From Phascolarctobacterium sp. (GTDB lineage: Bacteria; Bacillota; Negativicutes; Acidaminococcales; Acidaminococcaceae), in NCBI GenBank assembly GCA_017467905.1, contig JAFUKD010000024.1, positions 25,958 through 89,957 on the forward strand: 64,000 bases of DNA, in the 5' to 3' direction. Position 1 is the stretch's first letter; the number at the start of each line of letters is the position of its first letter. The translations under genes and the position numbers were made by a program. The notes beneath the pieces were generated by a model. The model was not told the origin of the DNA and searched no databases. It worked only from the letters and a program-made list of their open reading frames with translations. Below are positions 34,296 to 42,634 of the stretch, in pieces.

Positions 34296-35932
34296 ATTTC
34301 GATAACCAATAGCCATTGCTCATCCTCCAGTGTTCCGTTGCATAAAAAAATCCCCCCATCATTTTGGGAGGATTTAGATGTCAGGTATTCTTGAAGCTCT
34401 ATGCCAAACTTCATATAGAGCTTATCTACCTTGTTATTTTTCACGGTTATTCTATCAATCAACAATCTCAATAACAATTTCGTTTGTTCTGGTGGAGCGG
34501 AATCCATCACTGCCTTAAAGTTTGCCAATGATTCCTTTATAAATTCAATATTCAACTCATTGTTGGTAAGGCTATTATTTCCTGCTAATATTTTCTTCTG
34601 TTCTATTAGCTTAGTAGCACTATCATTCAACTCGCTTATCCTTTTATCAAGGGTAGCTTTGTCATATCTGCCATCAATGTATAAGTCTAATAGCCTTTGT
34701 TTACGTTCTTCAATTTCAACTATCTTTGCATCCACGCTATCATACTCACGCTTCCTGCTTTCGATAGATTTGTCTGCTTTTTTCTTAATTCCACATAGTA
34801 TTTCTTGGATAAGCTCAGGACTACTTAAAAACTCTGCTACCTTATCCAATACATATTTCTCTGCTTCGTCAGCACCTACAGAGTTACTTTTACATACGCT
34901 AGCACCTTTGTTTTTGAAGTTGGAACAACAATAGTACCTATATACTCGTTTATTGCCATTCTTCAAATTACTAGTAGACCTACCTATCACCATAGGAGCA
35001 TTGCACACAGGGCAACGCAACAGGCTACTAAGATAGTTCTCGTCATTATGTACTTTCTGCGTAGTAGAACACCTTTCAGAACGAATATTTTGTGCCCTGT
35101 TCCAAACTGCTTCGCTAACAATAGCTTCGTGAACGCCTTTAACGATAATAGGGTTTGGATTCTTCCCTTTTCTACGTTTTTCGCTCCACTTGCGGTACTT
35201 CCCATATCTTACATAACCCTTGTATAGTGGGTTATCGATAATTTCTCTTATGCTATACAAGCTAAACTCTTTACCATGAATAGTTCTATAACCTTCTTTG
35301 TTAAGTTTATTAGCTATAGCCTTAAAGCCTTTACCATTGCAGAACCATTCGTATATTTTCCTGATGATTATCGCTTCTGGCTCATAAATGACTAGGTCAT
35401 TCTTTTTGGGTCTGGTAGCACTCGGAACAACTCGGTAACCCAATGCCTTACTACCGCTATGCAAGCCAAGTCTAGCTCTTTGGTTTAAGCCTAAGCTAAC
35501 ATTTTCAACAATGGTATTGCGTTCTAATTCACCAACCGCAGCGAGCATTTGAACTGCAAACTTACCCATGGGATTAGAGGTATCGAAGTTTTCTGTGAGT
35601 GAGGTGATGGAAACGTTATATTTCTCTAGTCTCTCGAAAATCTCAAGGAAATCCTTGGTATTACGAGAAATGCGATTAATCTTCCACACCACCACTTCGT
35701 CAAACTTACCACTCTCAGCATCTTTAAGAAGCCTCTGTACCTCTGGTCGTTTAGTAATGTTCTTACCACTTATGCCAGCATCTACATATTCACCGACTAC
35801 AGTATAGCCATGCAGTTCACAATATTGGTGGATTTTTTCTTTTTGACCTTCAATGGAATAACCCTTCTCAGCTTGTTCTTCAGTTGATACCCTTGCATAT
35901 AGGGCTACTCGTTTTGGTTTTGATGGATCCAT
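34292..35932 (-). CDS. Large serine recombinase (CcrB-like position)
   Basis: MDPSKPKRVALYARVSTEEQ catalytic N-terminus, a recombinase domain, a zinc-ribbon (CPVCNAPM...YRYYCCSNFKNKGASVC) and a coiled-coil C-terminus. Start set at the internal ATG 4 nt after the upstream stop. Confidence 0.9.
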   Translation of the reverse strand: MDPSKPKRVALYARVSTEEQAEKGYSIEGQKEKIHQYCELHGYTVVGEYVDAGISGKNITKRPEVQRLLKDAESGKFDEVVVWKINRISRNTKDFLEIFERLEKYNVSITSLTENFDTSNPMGKFAVQMLAAVGELERNTIVENVSLGLNQRARLGLHSGSKALGYRVVPSATRPKKNDLVIYEPEAIIIRKIYEWFCNGKGFKAIANKLNKEGYRTIHGKEFSLYSIREIIDNPLYKGYVRYGKYRKWSEKRRKGKNPNPIIVKGVHEAIVSEAVWNRAQNIRSERCSTTQKVHNDENYLSSLLRCPVCNAPMVIGRSTSNLKNGNKRVYRYYCCSNFKNKGASVCKSNSVGADEAEKYVLDKVAEFLSSPELIQEILCGIKKKADKSIESRKREYDSVDAKIVEIEERKQRLLDLYIDGRYDKATLDKRISELNDSATKLIEQKKILAGNNSLTNNELNIEFIKESLANFKAVMDSAPPEQTKLLLRLLIDRITVKNNKVDKLYMKFGIELQEYLTSKSSQNDGGIFLCNGTLEDEQWLLVIEI

Positions 35933-35936
35933 AAAT

Positions 35937-37463
35937 TCACCTACTTTCTTTAATATCAATTTTCATTGTTTGTAACCTTCCATTCTGCTTCACGTTAGGT
36001 ATGTAAACTTCAATAGTCTTAACGAACCTATCCTCGTCTACATATACCGCCTTAATAACACCACGTAGCAGCTTTATCTTTTCTTCGTCAGTTGCTTTTT
36101 CTAACAGCTTTGGTAATAGTTTAAACGCTGCTCTAATTTCTTCTTCGCTATACGCTTGCCTTACTTCACTAAACTGCTTACGATTTAGATCCAGTTCTAC
36201 TTCTTCTATGGCTTCCTGAATAGCATTGTCCTCTTCCAGCAACTGTTCAGTGCTTAGCCTGCCTTCTTCAAAAGCCAATAGCAGTTTATCACGCTTGGCA
36301 TTCAGCTTAGTTATATTACTTTTAAGGCTCTCTATTTTATCTTCCATAGACTTATCAACGGATAATCTTACTTGGACTTCTTCAATTACCTTATTCAGCC
36401 AGATATCCTTACACAGATACTTGTAAAGGAAAGCCAAAACAACTTCATCAGCTTCTTTAGCCTTGACTAAGTTTGGCTTGCAATTGCCAGTTCCCCTATT
36501 ATTGTACTCGTTACAGCTATAGTAATAGTACCGCCTTTCAGTACCATTCTTATTCTTATGGAATACGTGTGCAGGTATCATACCTGTACCACAAGCAGGA
36601 CACTTAACTAGTCCTGAGAGCAAGTAACGGTAATCAACAATTCGTTTACAGTGTGTTTTGGTAGCCAACATTGCTTGAGCCTTTTCCCAAGTTTCAATGC
36701 TTACTATAGGCTCATGAATACCTTGGTAATACTCTCCACAATACTTGACCATTCCTGCATACACCTTACTATCCAATATTCTCTTAATAGACATAATGGA
36801 AAACGGACTACCCTTACTACCTCTATACCCATCAGCATTCAACATTTGAGCAATTGACTTAAAGCCATATCCTTGCAAGTATAAATCAAATACTTTCCTT
36901 ACAGCTTTTGCTTCTCTCGGAACTATTACTAGCTTTTTAGTGCCTTTAGGGTCATCAGTGTCAGGTATGCTATCATACCCAAACAGCTTCCCACCAACTA
37001 CCTTGCCGGCTTTAGCCTTTTTCTTGCTCCCATTAAGTACGTTTTCTATCAAAGCTTCCCTCTGCATTTGGGCAATGCTGCCAAACATCTGGGCAGTAAA
37101 CTTTCCTACAGGGGTATTAAGGTCAAACTTTTCAGTAAAGCTGAATAGCTGTATGTTTTCCCTTTGAAATTCGTCGAAGATAACCAATAAATTAGCAAGC
37201 TTCCTGCTCAACCTGCTTATCATCCAAACGCCTACACTACCAAATAGACCTTCTTTAGCATCATTAAGCATAGCCTGTAAGCCAGGTCTTTCCATAGTAT
37301 ATCCAGAAATACCTGCGTCCTTATAGACCTTGAACACCTTCTTGCCTTGTCGAGCGATTTCGTCTCGAAGCACCTTTTCCTGAGCTTCGAGACTATAACC
37401 GCCTTCTGCTTGCCTAGTGCTACTAACACGCACATAGATAGCTACAAACTTAGATTTATCCAT
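35937..37463 (-). CDS. Large serine recombinase (CcrA-like position)
   Basis: FVAIYVRVSSTRQAEGGYSLEAQ catalytic N-terminus, a zinc-ribbon (CPACGTGM...YYYYSCNEYNNRGTGNC) and a coiled-coil. Confidence 0.9.
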   Translation of the reverse strand: MDKSKFVAIYVRVSSTRQAEGGYSLEAQEKVLRDEIARQGKKVFKVYKDAGISGYTMERPGLQAMLNDAKEGLFGSVGVWMISRLSRKLANLLVIFDEFQRENIQLFSFTEKFDLNTPVGKFTAQMFGSIAQMQREALIENVLNGSKKKAKAGKVVGGKLFGYDSIPDTDDPKGTKKLVIVPREAKAVRKVFDLYLQGYGFKSIAQMLNADGYRGSKGSPFSIMSIKRILDSKVYAGMVKYCGEYYQGIHEPIVSIETWEKAQAMLATKTHCKRIVDYRYLLSGLVKCPACGTGMIPAHVFHKNKNGTERRYYYYSCNEYNNRGTGNCKPNLVKAKEADEVVLAFLYKYLCKDIWLNKVIEEVQVRLSVDKSMEDKIESLKSNITKLNAKRDKLLLAFEEGRLSTEQLLEEDNAIQEAIEEVELDLNRKQFSEVRQAYSEEEIRAAFKLLPKLLEKATDEEKIKLLRGVIKAVYVDEDRFVKTIEVYIPNVKQNGRLQTMKIDIKESR

Positions 37464-37468
37464 GCTAG

Positions 37469-37588
37469 TTAAGCTGCTTCGTCAGAATCCATAACGACTT
37501 CTTCAGCTTCTTGTTGTTCGTATAGGTAGTTAATAATAATTTCTGCCAACAAGTCTACCACTTGTTGATGGTTTTCACTTTTGTCCAT
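37469..37588 (-). CDS. Possible 39-aa acidic micro-protein immediately upstream of the recombinases
   Basis: Own translation gives MDKSENHQQVVDLLAEIIINYLYEQQEAEEVVMDSDEAA. RBS is GAGAGG. Its stop lies 5 nt before the recombinase ATG. Confidence 0.3.
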   Translation of the reverse strand: MDKSENHQQVVDLLAEIIINYLYEQQEAEEVVMDSDEAA

Positions 37589-37678
37589 CTTATTCACCTC
37601 TCGTCTAAAATATCCTTGCCTATTTACAAGGTACATTTTTATGATATGTATTTAAAATTTATTTATTTTCAATTTTGG

Positions 37679-37701
37679 GCAGGAGGCTGTTAGCCCCCTG
37701 C
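37679..37701 (-). promoter_or_regulatory. Intercistronic GC-rich hairpin H1
   Basis: Minus strand reads GCAGGGGGCT AAC AGCCTCCTGC. The single non-Watson-Crick pair is G-U only on the minus strand. Confidence 0.5.
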
Positions 37702-37708
37702 TGGAAGA

Positions 37709-39220
37709 TTAAGCTACTGCTTCAGCATTAGCTTCGTCTGTTTTTCCAAATTTAATATAACGAACCCCATTGCTCTTGTTACTAGAATCAACATTTATGG
37801 AGTAACCCATCCCACGAAAAGCTGGCATCAGCGTTTTAAGCTTATTACTCAGTTCTTGTGAACTACTCACCCATTTTTCGCTGTTCATATTGATATGATT
37901 GGTTCGAGCGATTTCCATCAGCTTTTTGTAAAGTTCTGTAGAATTCACCTTGCAGGGGAATTTGTTTAGAGACTCTAAATAAAGCATTAATGCATATGCT
38001 AACGGGTCTTGTTGTACCAGGTCTTCGAATACGAAGCCCTTGTTTCTCAAAAAAATTTCGATAAATTCTTTGTCACTACCAAATACAATAGTGGCTATGG
38101 CTCTACCCCAGGTAAAGAAGTCAATCAAGCGAGGAGATTCTACGTACTCCAAGTCGTCGTATATTTGCATCGCTTGACTAAGCACAGAAAAAATTTGTCC
38201 TAATATATAGGGTAGCTTTTCGTCAAACTCTTTTTCAATAGCCTTGGCTGAAACATACTTTTTGTTCAGCGTGGGCAATTCAAATCCTACAATGCGGTCA
38301 CGAAGATCCAGGCGTGCATTTTCAATGGCGATGCCATTAAGTAACACGCAGTTCTTGAAGCTAACTACGCTTGCATCAAAATTAGAATACTTGGTGCGTT
38401 TTAGCATACTACCACCAGTTGAAGCTTGGCAGAGCAAATCACTTACGCCTTTAGGTAAGTCAGTAATATTGTCTACCGCCATAACGTAGTGAGTTGAAAG
38501 AGCTACGCCAAGGTCTTCTTTGGTATCTGGAGAATTTAGAGTTTCATGGGTAACAGGATCTACAATTTTCTGTATGAGAGAGGTAAGGAAGGTCTTACCA
38601 GAACCCTGCTCACCTTGCAACAAAATTACTGCTTTAGGAATGTCTTGAATAAACCAAGCAACCAAGCATACCGTTAGCAGCTTCTTAGAATCATCATCCA
38701 TGTTAAGGAACGGAGAAAGCAGGTCATACAGGTTATGTCCCTTCTTTATTTTGGGCATTACCTGTTCTCCCATCAAGCTATTGCTCATAAATGCACAAGC
38801 TTTTTGGGATACCTCGATTTCATCTTCGAAATAAGTATCTTCAGCAGTTACTACTACATACTGACGAGCTTCATTGTTTAAATTGTAGACAATCTCGTCT
38901 CCAACCTTAGCAATTCTGCTGTAGATGGTTTTCTTGTTCTTGCTAGTAAGTGCATGGGCAAGAACATAATCAACGATTCTCTTGATAAATTTGTTTTCGT
39001 ATAGTTTATCTTCTACTGCTATGCACTCCATCAAGATTCTGTACTTGAAGATTTCGCTCTTAATGGCATCAGTGCGCACTTCATTGTTTCTGTCCATCCA
39101 GGTTATGTATTCTAAACCGGTGTTAGTTCCAACGAATAGTTCACTGCCGTCAATAATAGCTTTCACAGTATTGAAAATCTCTTCTAGTACTTCTTCGGCT
39201 TTACCAGTTTTTTTAGCCAT
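37709..39220 (-). CDS. P-loop NTPase, SF3/VirE-like helicase candidate (the intact member of the paralogue family)
   Basis: 503 aa. Walker A is LLQGEQGSGKTF, Walker-B-like is YVMAVDNITDL and a motif-C-like segment is FKNCVLLNGIA. It shares N- and C-terminal blocks with the three following ORFs. Confidence 0.55.
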   Translation of the reverse strand: MAKKTGKAEEVLEEIFNTVKAIIDGSELFVGTNTGLEYITWMDRNNEVRTDAIKSEIFKYRILMECIAVEDKLYENKFIKRIVDYVLAHALTSKNKKTIYSRIAKVGDEIVYNLNNEARQYVVVTAEDTYFEDEIEVSQKACAFMSNSLMGEQVMPKIKKGHNLYDLLSPFLNMDDDSKKLLTVCLVAWFIQDIPKAVILLQGEQGSGKTFLTSLIQKIVDPVTHETLNSPDTKEDLGVALSTHYVMAVDNITDLPKGVSDLLCQASTGGSMLKRTKYSNFDASVVSFKNCVLLNGIAIENARLDLRDRIVGFELPTLNKKYVSAKAIEKEFDEKLPYILGQIFSVLSQAMQIYDDLEYVESPRLIDFFTWGRAIATIVFGSDKEFIEIFLRNKGFVFEDLVQQDPLAYALMLYLESLNKFPCKVNSTELYKKLMEIARTNHINMNSEKWVSSSQELSNKLKTLMPAFRGMGYSINVDSSNKSNGVRYIKFGKTDEANAEAVA

Positions 39221-39244
39221 GTTTTTCCTCCTTTCTTTATTCTG

Positions 39245-39269
39245 GCAGGCGGAGCAGAGCCCCGCCCGC
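39245..39269 (-). promoter_or_regulatory. Intercistronic GC-rich hairpin H2
   Basis: Minus strand reads GCGGGCGGGGC TCT GCTCCGCCTGC, with two G-U pairs only in minus-strand RNA. Confidence 0.5.
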
Positions 39270-39293
39270 TATTTAAATTATTAAGCAACCACT

Positions 39294-40526
39294 TCAAGCA
39301 ACATTGGTTCTAGAGCTTTGTCCAGAAACAATTACCCTACTAGGAATCGTGGTCATAACATTATTACCTTTAACACCTTTTTTCAGAGCATATGCTTTTA
39401 AAAAGGTGTGGTCGTCACCAAAAAGTACTTTGGAGATGGCTCTACCCAAATGAATGTACTCGGCAAGCTCACCGTAGTCCTCACTAAAACCAACAGTTTC
39501 TTTAATATATAAAGCCTTGCGTAAAACCTCAAAAATTTTATACAACAGGTATGGCTTAATAGCATTAAGTTCAGCCTTTACATCTTCCAGAACATTAGTG
39601 GTATAGTCGAAGCCCAGATTAGGGTTAACAGAAATCAACATATCAGCAAAGCCAACGCCGAGATCATCATGTTCTATACAACTAATGCTATAAGCGTTAG
39701 ACAGGTCATTGTTCAAGTAATAGTAATCTTCTAAAACTGCCAGTTCTGTACATGCTTCGATGTTTTTGAGATCTTTTACTGTGTGACCACATTGGAAGTA
39801 TCTTTCACTACAAGCTTGGTCATCATCCATATCAGCAAAGGACGGCAAATACAAGCAGTCTTCCTTCAACGGGTCAATCAGAGATTGTAATGCAAAGTTA
39901 AATGCTTGCTTTACATCGTCTCTATCGCTATCGATATATAGAATAGGTTTTCGGATGCAAGGTGCAAACATAGTAATTATGGTAACTGCCAAAGCGACTG
40001 CGTCAACGTAGTTAAGATGTAGCAATCTTTGCAATGCATCAACCAAATCTATTTCGTCATCAGGTACCGGCAATACTTGTGGTGCAGCATAAGGACTATT
40101 GCAAAAAGCAATATCTTTATCTGCCAACGCTTCCATAGGAATGATTTTTGCTTCGCAATCATCGGAGCCATCAATAAGAGCCATAACGTTTTTACCATCG
40201 AAGTTGTAATAAATAACGCCTTCAGAAACGGCAATACGAGAAACTACAGTCTTTTCTTCATGATGAGCTTCAATATATTTAGCAAAAGCATTTACAGCAG
40301 TAGCCAAATACTTAGGATTTTCTTTCATCAGTCTTTCGTTGGTAGTAACAATCCAATTCTTGACTGCAACACTGTCGTAGGCTACGGTTACCAGATTATC
40401 GCTACCATCTTTAAATGTCATGTAATAGTTACCACTATTTTTAGCAACAATTCCTTTAAAGTCAGAAACTTTAAGAGTAATGGTCTTAACTTCTCGTTGT
40501 TCAATTTTCAAAGTTTGTTCATTCAT
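39294..40526 (-). CDS. Paralogue of the P-loop protein with a degenerate Walker A (pseudo-NTPase)
   Basis: 410 aa. Shared blocks are SRIAVSEGVIYYNF, QVLPVPDDEIDLVDAL, FAPCIRKPILYI, LIDPLK and KPYLLYKIFEVLRKAL. The Walker A position reads DSDRDDVK. Confidence 0.55.
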   Translation of the reverse strand: MNEQTLKIEQREVKTITLKVSDFKGIVAKNSGNYYMTFKDGSDNLVTVAYDSVAVKNWIVTTNERLMKENPKYLATAVNAFAKYIEAHHEEKTVVSRIAVSEGVIYYNFDGKNVMALIDGSDDCEAKIIPMEALADKDIAFCNSPYAAPQVLPVPDDEIDLVDALQRLLHLNYVDAVALAVTIITMFAPCIRKPILYIDSDRDDVKQAFNFALQSLIDPLKEDCLYLPSFADMDDDQACSERYFQCGHTVKDLKNIEACTELAVLEDYYYLNNDLSNAYSISCIEHDDLGVGFADMLISVNPNLGFDYTTNVLEDVKAELNAIKPYLLYKIFEVLRKALYIKETVGFSEDYGELAEYIHLGRAISKVLFGDDHTFLKAYALKKGVKGNNVMTTIPSRVIVSGQSSRTNVA

Positions 40527-40551
40527 ATTGTTTTCTTCCTTTCCTTATTAA

Positions 40552-40578
40552 GCAGAGTGGAGGCGAACCCCACCCTGC
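40552..40578 (-). promoter_or_regulatory. Intercistronic GC-rich hairpin H3
   Basis: Minus strand reads GCAGGGTGGGG TTCG CCTCCACTCTGC. Confidence 0.45.
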
Positions 40579-40586
40579 ATTTTTTA

Positions 40587-41816
40587 TTACGCAACACTAT
40601 ATAGGGCTTTTAATTCAAGACTATCAGCCATATCAAAGATTTCGTCTAATTCCGCGCTCTCCACCTTATGGTCATAGAAATCCATGAAAAGCATAACCGG
40701 AATCAATTCATCCGCCAAAGGCTTGCGCAATGCAAATACTTTGTCGAAAGCTTCAGCTTTACCAAAGATGACAGCCGCAATCGCTCTAGCCCATTGGACG
40801 AATTCAGTAAGGTCACCAAAGTCCTCTACCGCTATTGTTTCTTTTACCACCATCGCCTTGCTTAGAACCTCAAAGATTGCATTCAAGATATCTGGTCGTT
40901 CTTTTTCTACAACTTTTTTAGCTTCAGCCAATGGTTCGTAGTTGCCAATCAGTTTAGATTTGATGGTAACAACAATTGAAGCTAGCTTAGCAGTTACTGA
41001 ATCCAAGCCTATATCATTCACCACGAAGCAGTTGCGCAAGTTGCCCATATCAGAACCACAAGGTGTCAAGTTTTCTACATTCATGTCGAATACATCTTTA
41101 ACATCTTTGAATGTATTAGCAACGTGCAAGTAACGTTTGGCAAAAGCCCATTCTTCGCTTCTATCATGAGAATAACAGAACTCTTCTTCTTTGATTGGAT
41201 CAACGAGAGCTTGAAGCACGTAATTACATACTGCCTTGGCACCATCGTCCTTGCAAGTTATGTTTAAAACAGGCTTGAAGATTTGGGGAACGAACATCGC
41301 TACCAAAACAATCGCCATCAAAATGCTATCAAGTCGGTCTAAGCCTAACAAATAGCCAATTTTCTCAGGCAAATCTACTTTATTACCTTGCTTGGGTAAA
41401 TCCTGGACATCCATTAATCGGTCATTAACAAAAGCAAAAAGCTCATTTCTTAAGCTACCTGCTTCAACCAGACTAGTACGACCAGGTTCGACAACCAAAA
41501 CGTTGCCATCCATAAAGTTGTAGAAAATCTTGTCACCTTCTTGAGCAATACGAGACATAACGTCTTTTCCCATACCCTCATAACCAGCAACATCTGCCAA
41601 CTTATGCAATGCGCATCTTACAAGTTCAGGATTTTGTGCAACAAGTTGCGGGTTCTTTTCTTCCATCCAAGCTACAAAACGGTCGTCATAAAGAGGGATA
41701 TTAATGAAGCCCTCTTTTTCATTCTCGTAACTAATGCAATATTCGCCGATGTTGCAGCCGATGAACAATTTAGCATCGGCAGGAACATTTGCAATAACAG
41801 AATCTACTTTTTTCAT
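40587..41816 (-). CDS. Paralogue of the P-loop protein with a degenerate Walker A (pseudo-NTPase)
   Basis: 409 aa. Shared blocks are SRIAQEGDKIFYNF, FVPQIFKPVLNI, LVDPIK and RPDILNAIFEVLSKAM. The Walker A position reads TCKDDGAK. Confidence 0.55.
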   Translation of the reverse strand: MKKVDSVIANVPADAKLFIGCNIGEYCISYENEKEGFINIPLYDDRFVAWMEEKNPQLVAQNPELVRCALHKLADVAGYEGMGKDVMSRIAQEGDKIFYNFMDGNVLVVEPGRTSLVEAGSLRNELFAFVNDRLMDVQDLPKQGNKVDLPEKIGYLLGLDRLDSILMAIVLVAMFVPQIFKPVLNITCKDDGAKAVCNYVLQALVDPIKEEEFCYSHDRSEEWAFAKRYLHVANTFKDVKDVFDMNVENLTPCGSDMGNLRNCFVVNDIGLDSVTAKLASIVVTIKSKLIGNYEPLAEAKKVVEKERPDILNAIFEVLSKAMVVKETIAVEDFGDLTEFVQWARAIAAVIFGKAEAFDKVFALRKPLADELIPVMLFMDFYDHKVESAELDEIFDMADSLELKALYSVA

Positions 41817-41847
41817 ATTTCTCCTCCTACTAATTTAGAAATTTAGT

Positions 41848-41890
41848 GGCTTTATGGGAGGTAGAGACCATGCTCTACCTCATAAAAGCC
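41848..41890 (-). promoter_or_regulatory. Intercistronic long hairpin H4
   Basis: GGCTTTATGGGAGGTAGAG ACCATG CTCTACCTCATAAAAGCC, a stem of about 18 bp with bulges. Confidence 0.45.
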
Positions 41891-41904
41891 GTTATACATT
41901 ATTA

Positions 41905-42549
41905 TTAAGCTGCTGCTTTCTTGATTCTATCAGCAAGGTACATACCAAACTCCCAAGCTTCGCTTATAGGAGTCTGTTCAGGATCAAAACTGTTCCAGTC
42001 AAGGCAAAGTTTGCCGTCTTTTTCTTTCAAGCGAATAGTACCGAATGCATCAGCAATTTCGTCGGTGTAAGCAGCGACGAGTGTTTCCCATCCGCCTGCA
42101 TAAACGCTTCGAATCATTTCAAGATATTCTTCAGAGCCAATTTTGTAATCTTCTACGAGTAAGCCAGTTGGACGATCATCGTACCAGTAAGAACCATCTT
42201 CAGTAGCTTCAAACAACAATACTACCAATTGAACTCTGTCGGCAATTAACGCCACCGGACCAATAGTGAAGCCATACCAAACATCAGCTTTCAAGTTTGA
42301 CGGCATATAGTAATCAACGAAACCCACAAACTGAGAGGGGTTCTTTTTATGCCAATCCCAGAAATAGGAGTCCTTGGCTCTAAAAACGGAGCCACAGGAT
42401 TCGGTTTCAACAGCTTCAGCGTTACCTTCAGCAATAGCCTCAACGCTTGCGATTTTAGTTGTTTCTTCAAATGGTTTGGTTTCGATGCCACTGATTGCAT
42501 TGTTACCTTCAGTGACGATTTTAATCAAAATTTCTTTGTTTTCTTTCAT
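41905..42549 (-). CDS. Hypothetical protein embedded in the paralogue array
   Basis: 214-aa ORF with an AGGAGG RBS. No motif recognised. Confidence 0.45.
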   Translation of the reverse strand: MKENKEILIKIVTEGNNAISGIETKPFEETTKIASVEAIAEGNAEAVETESCGSVFRAKDSYFWDWHKKNPSQFVGFVDYYMPSNLKADVWYGFTIGPVALIADRVQLVVLLFEATEDGSYWYDDRPTGLLVEDYKIGSEEYLEMIRSVYAGGWETLVAAYTDEIADAFGTIRLKEKDGKLCLDWNSFDPEQTPISEAWEFGMYLADRIKKAAA

Positions 42550-42586
42550 TATTTGTTACCTCCTGATTGTTTCGAATTTTAATTGA

Positions 42587-42622
42587 AGTTGGTGCTGGAA
42601 CTGAGTAAGCACCAGCACCACT
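42587..42622 (-). promoter_or_regulatory. Intercistronic hairpin H5
   Basis: AGTTGGTGCTGG ...loop... CCAGCACCACT. Confidence 0.45.
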
Positions 42623-42634
42623 TAGTACATTTAG

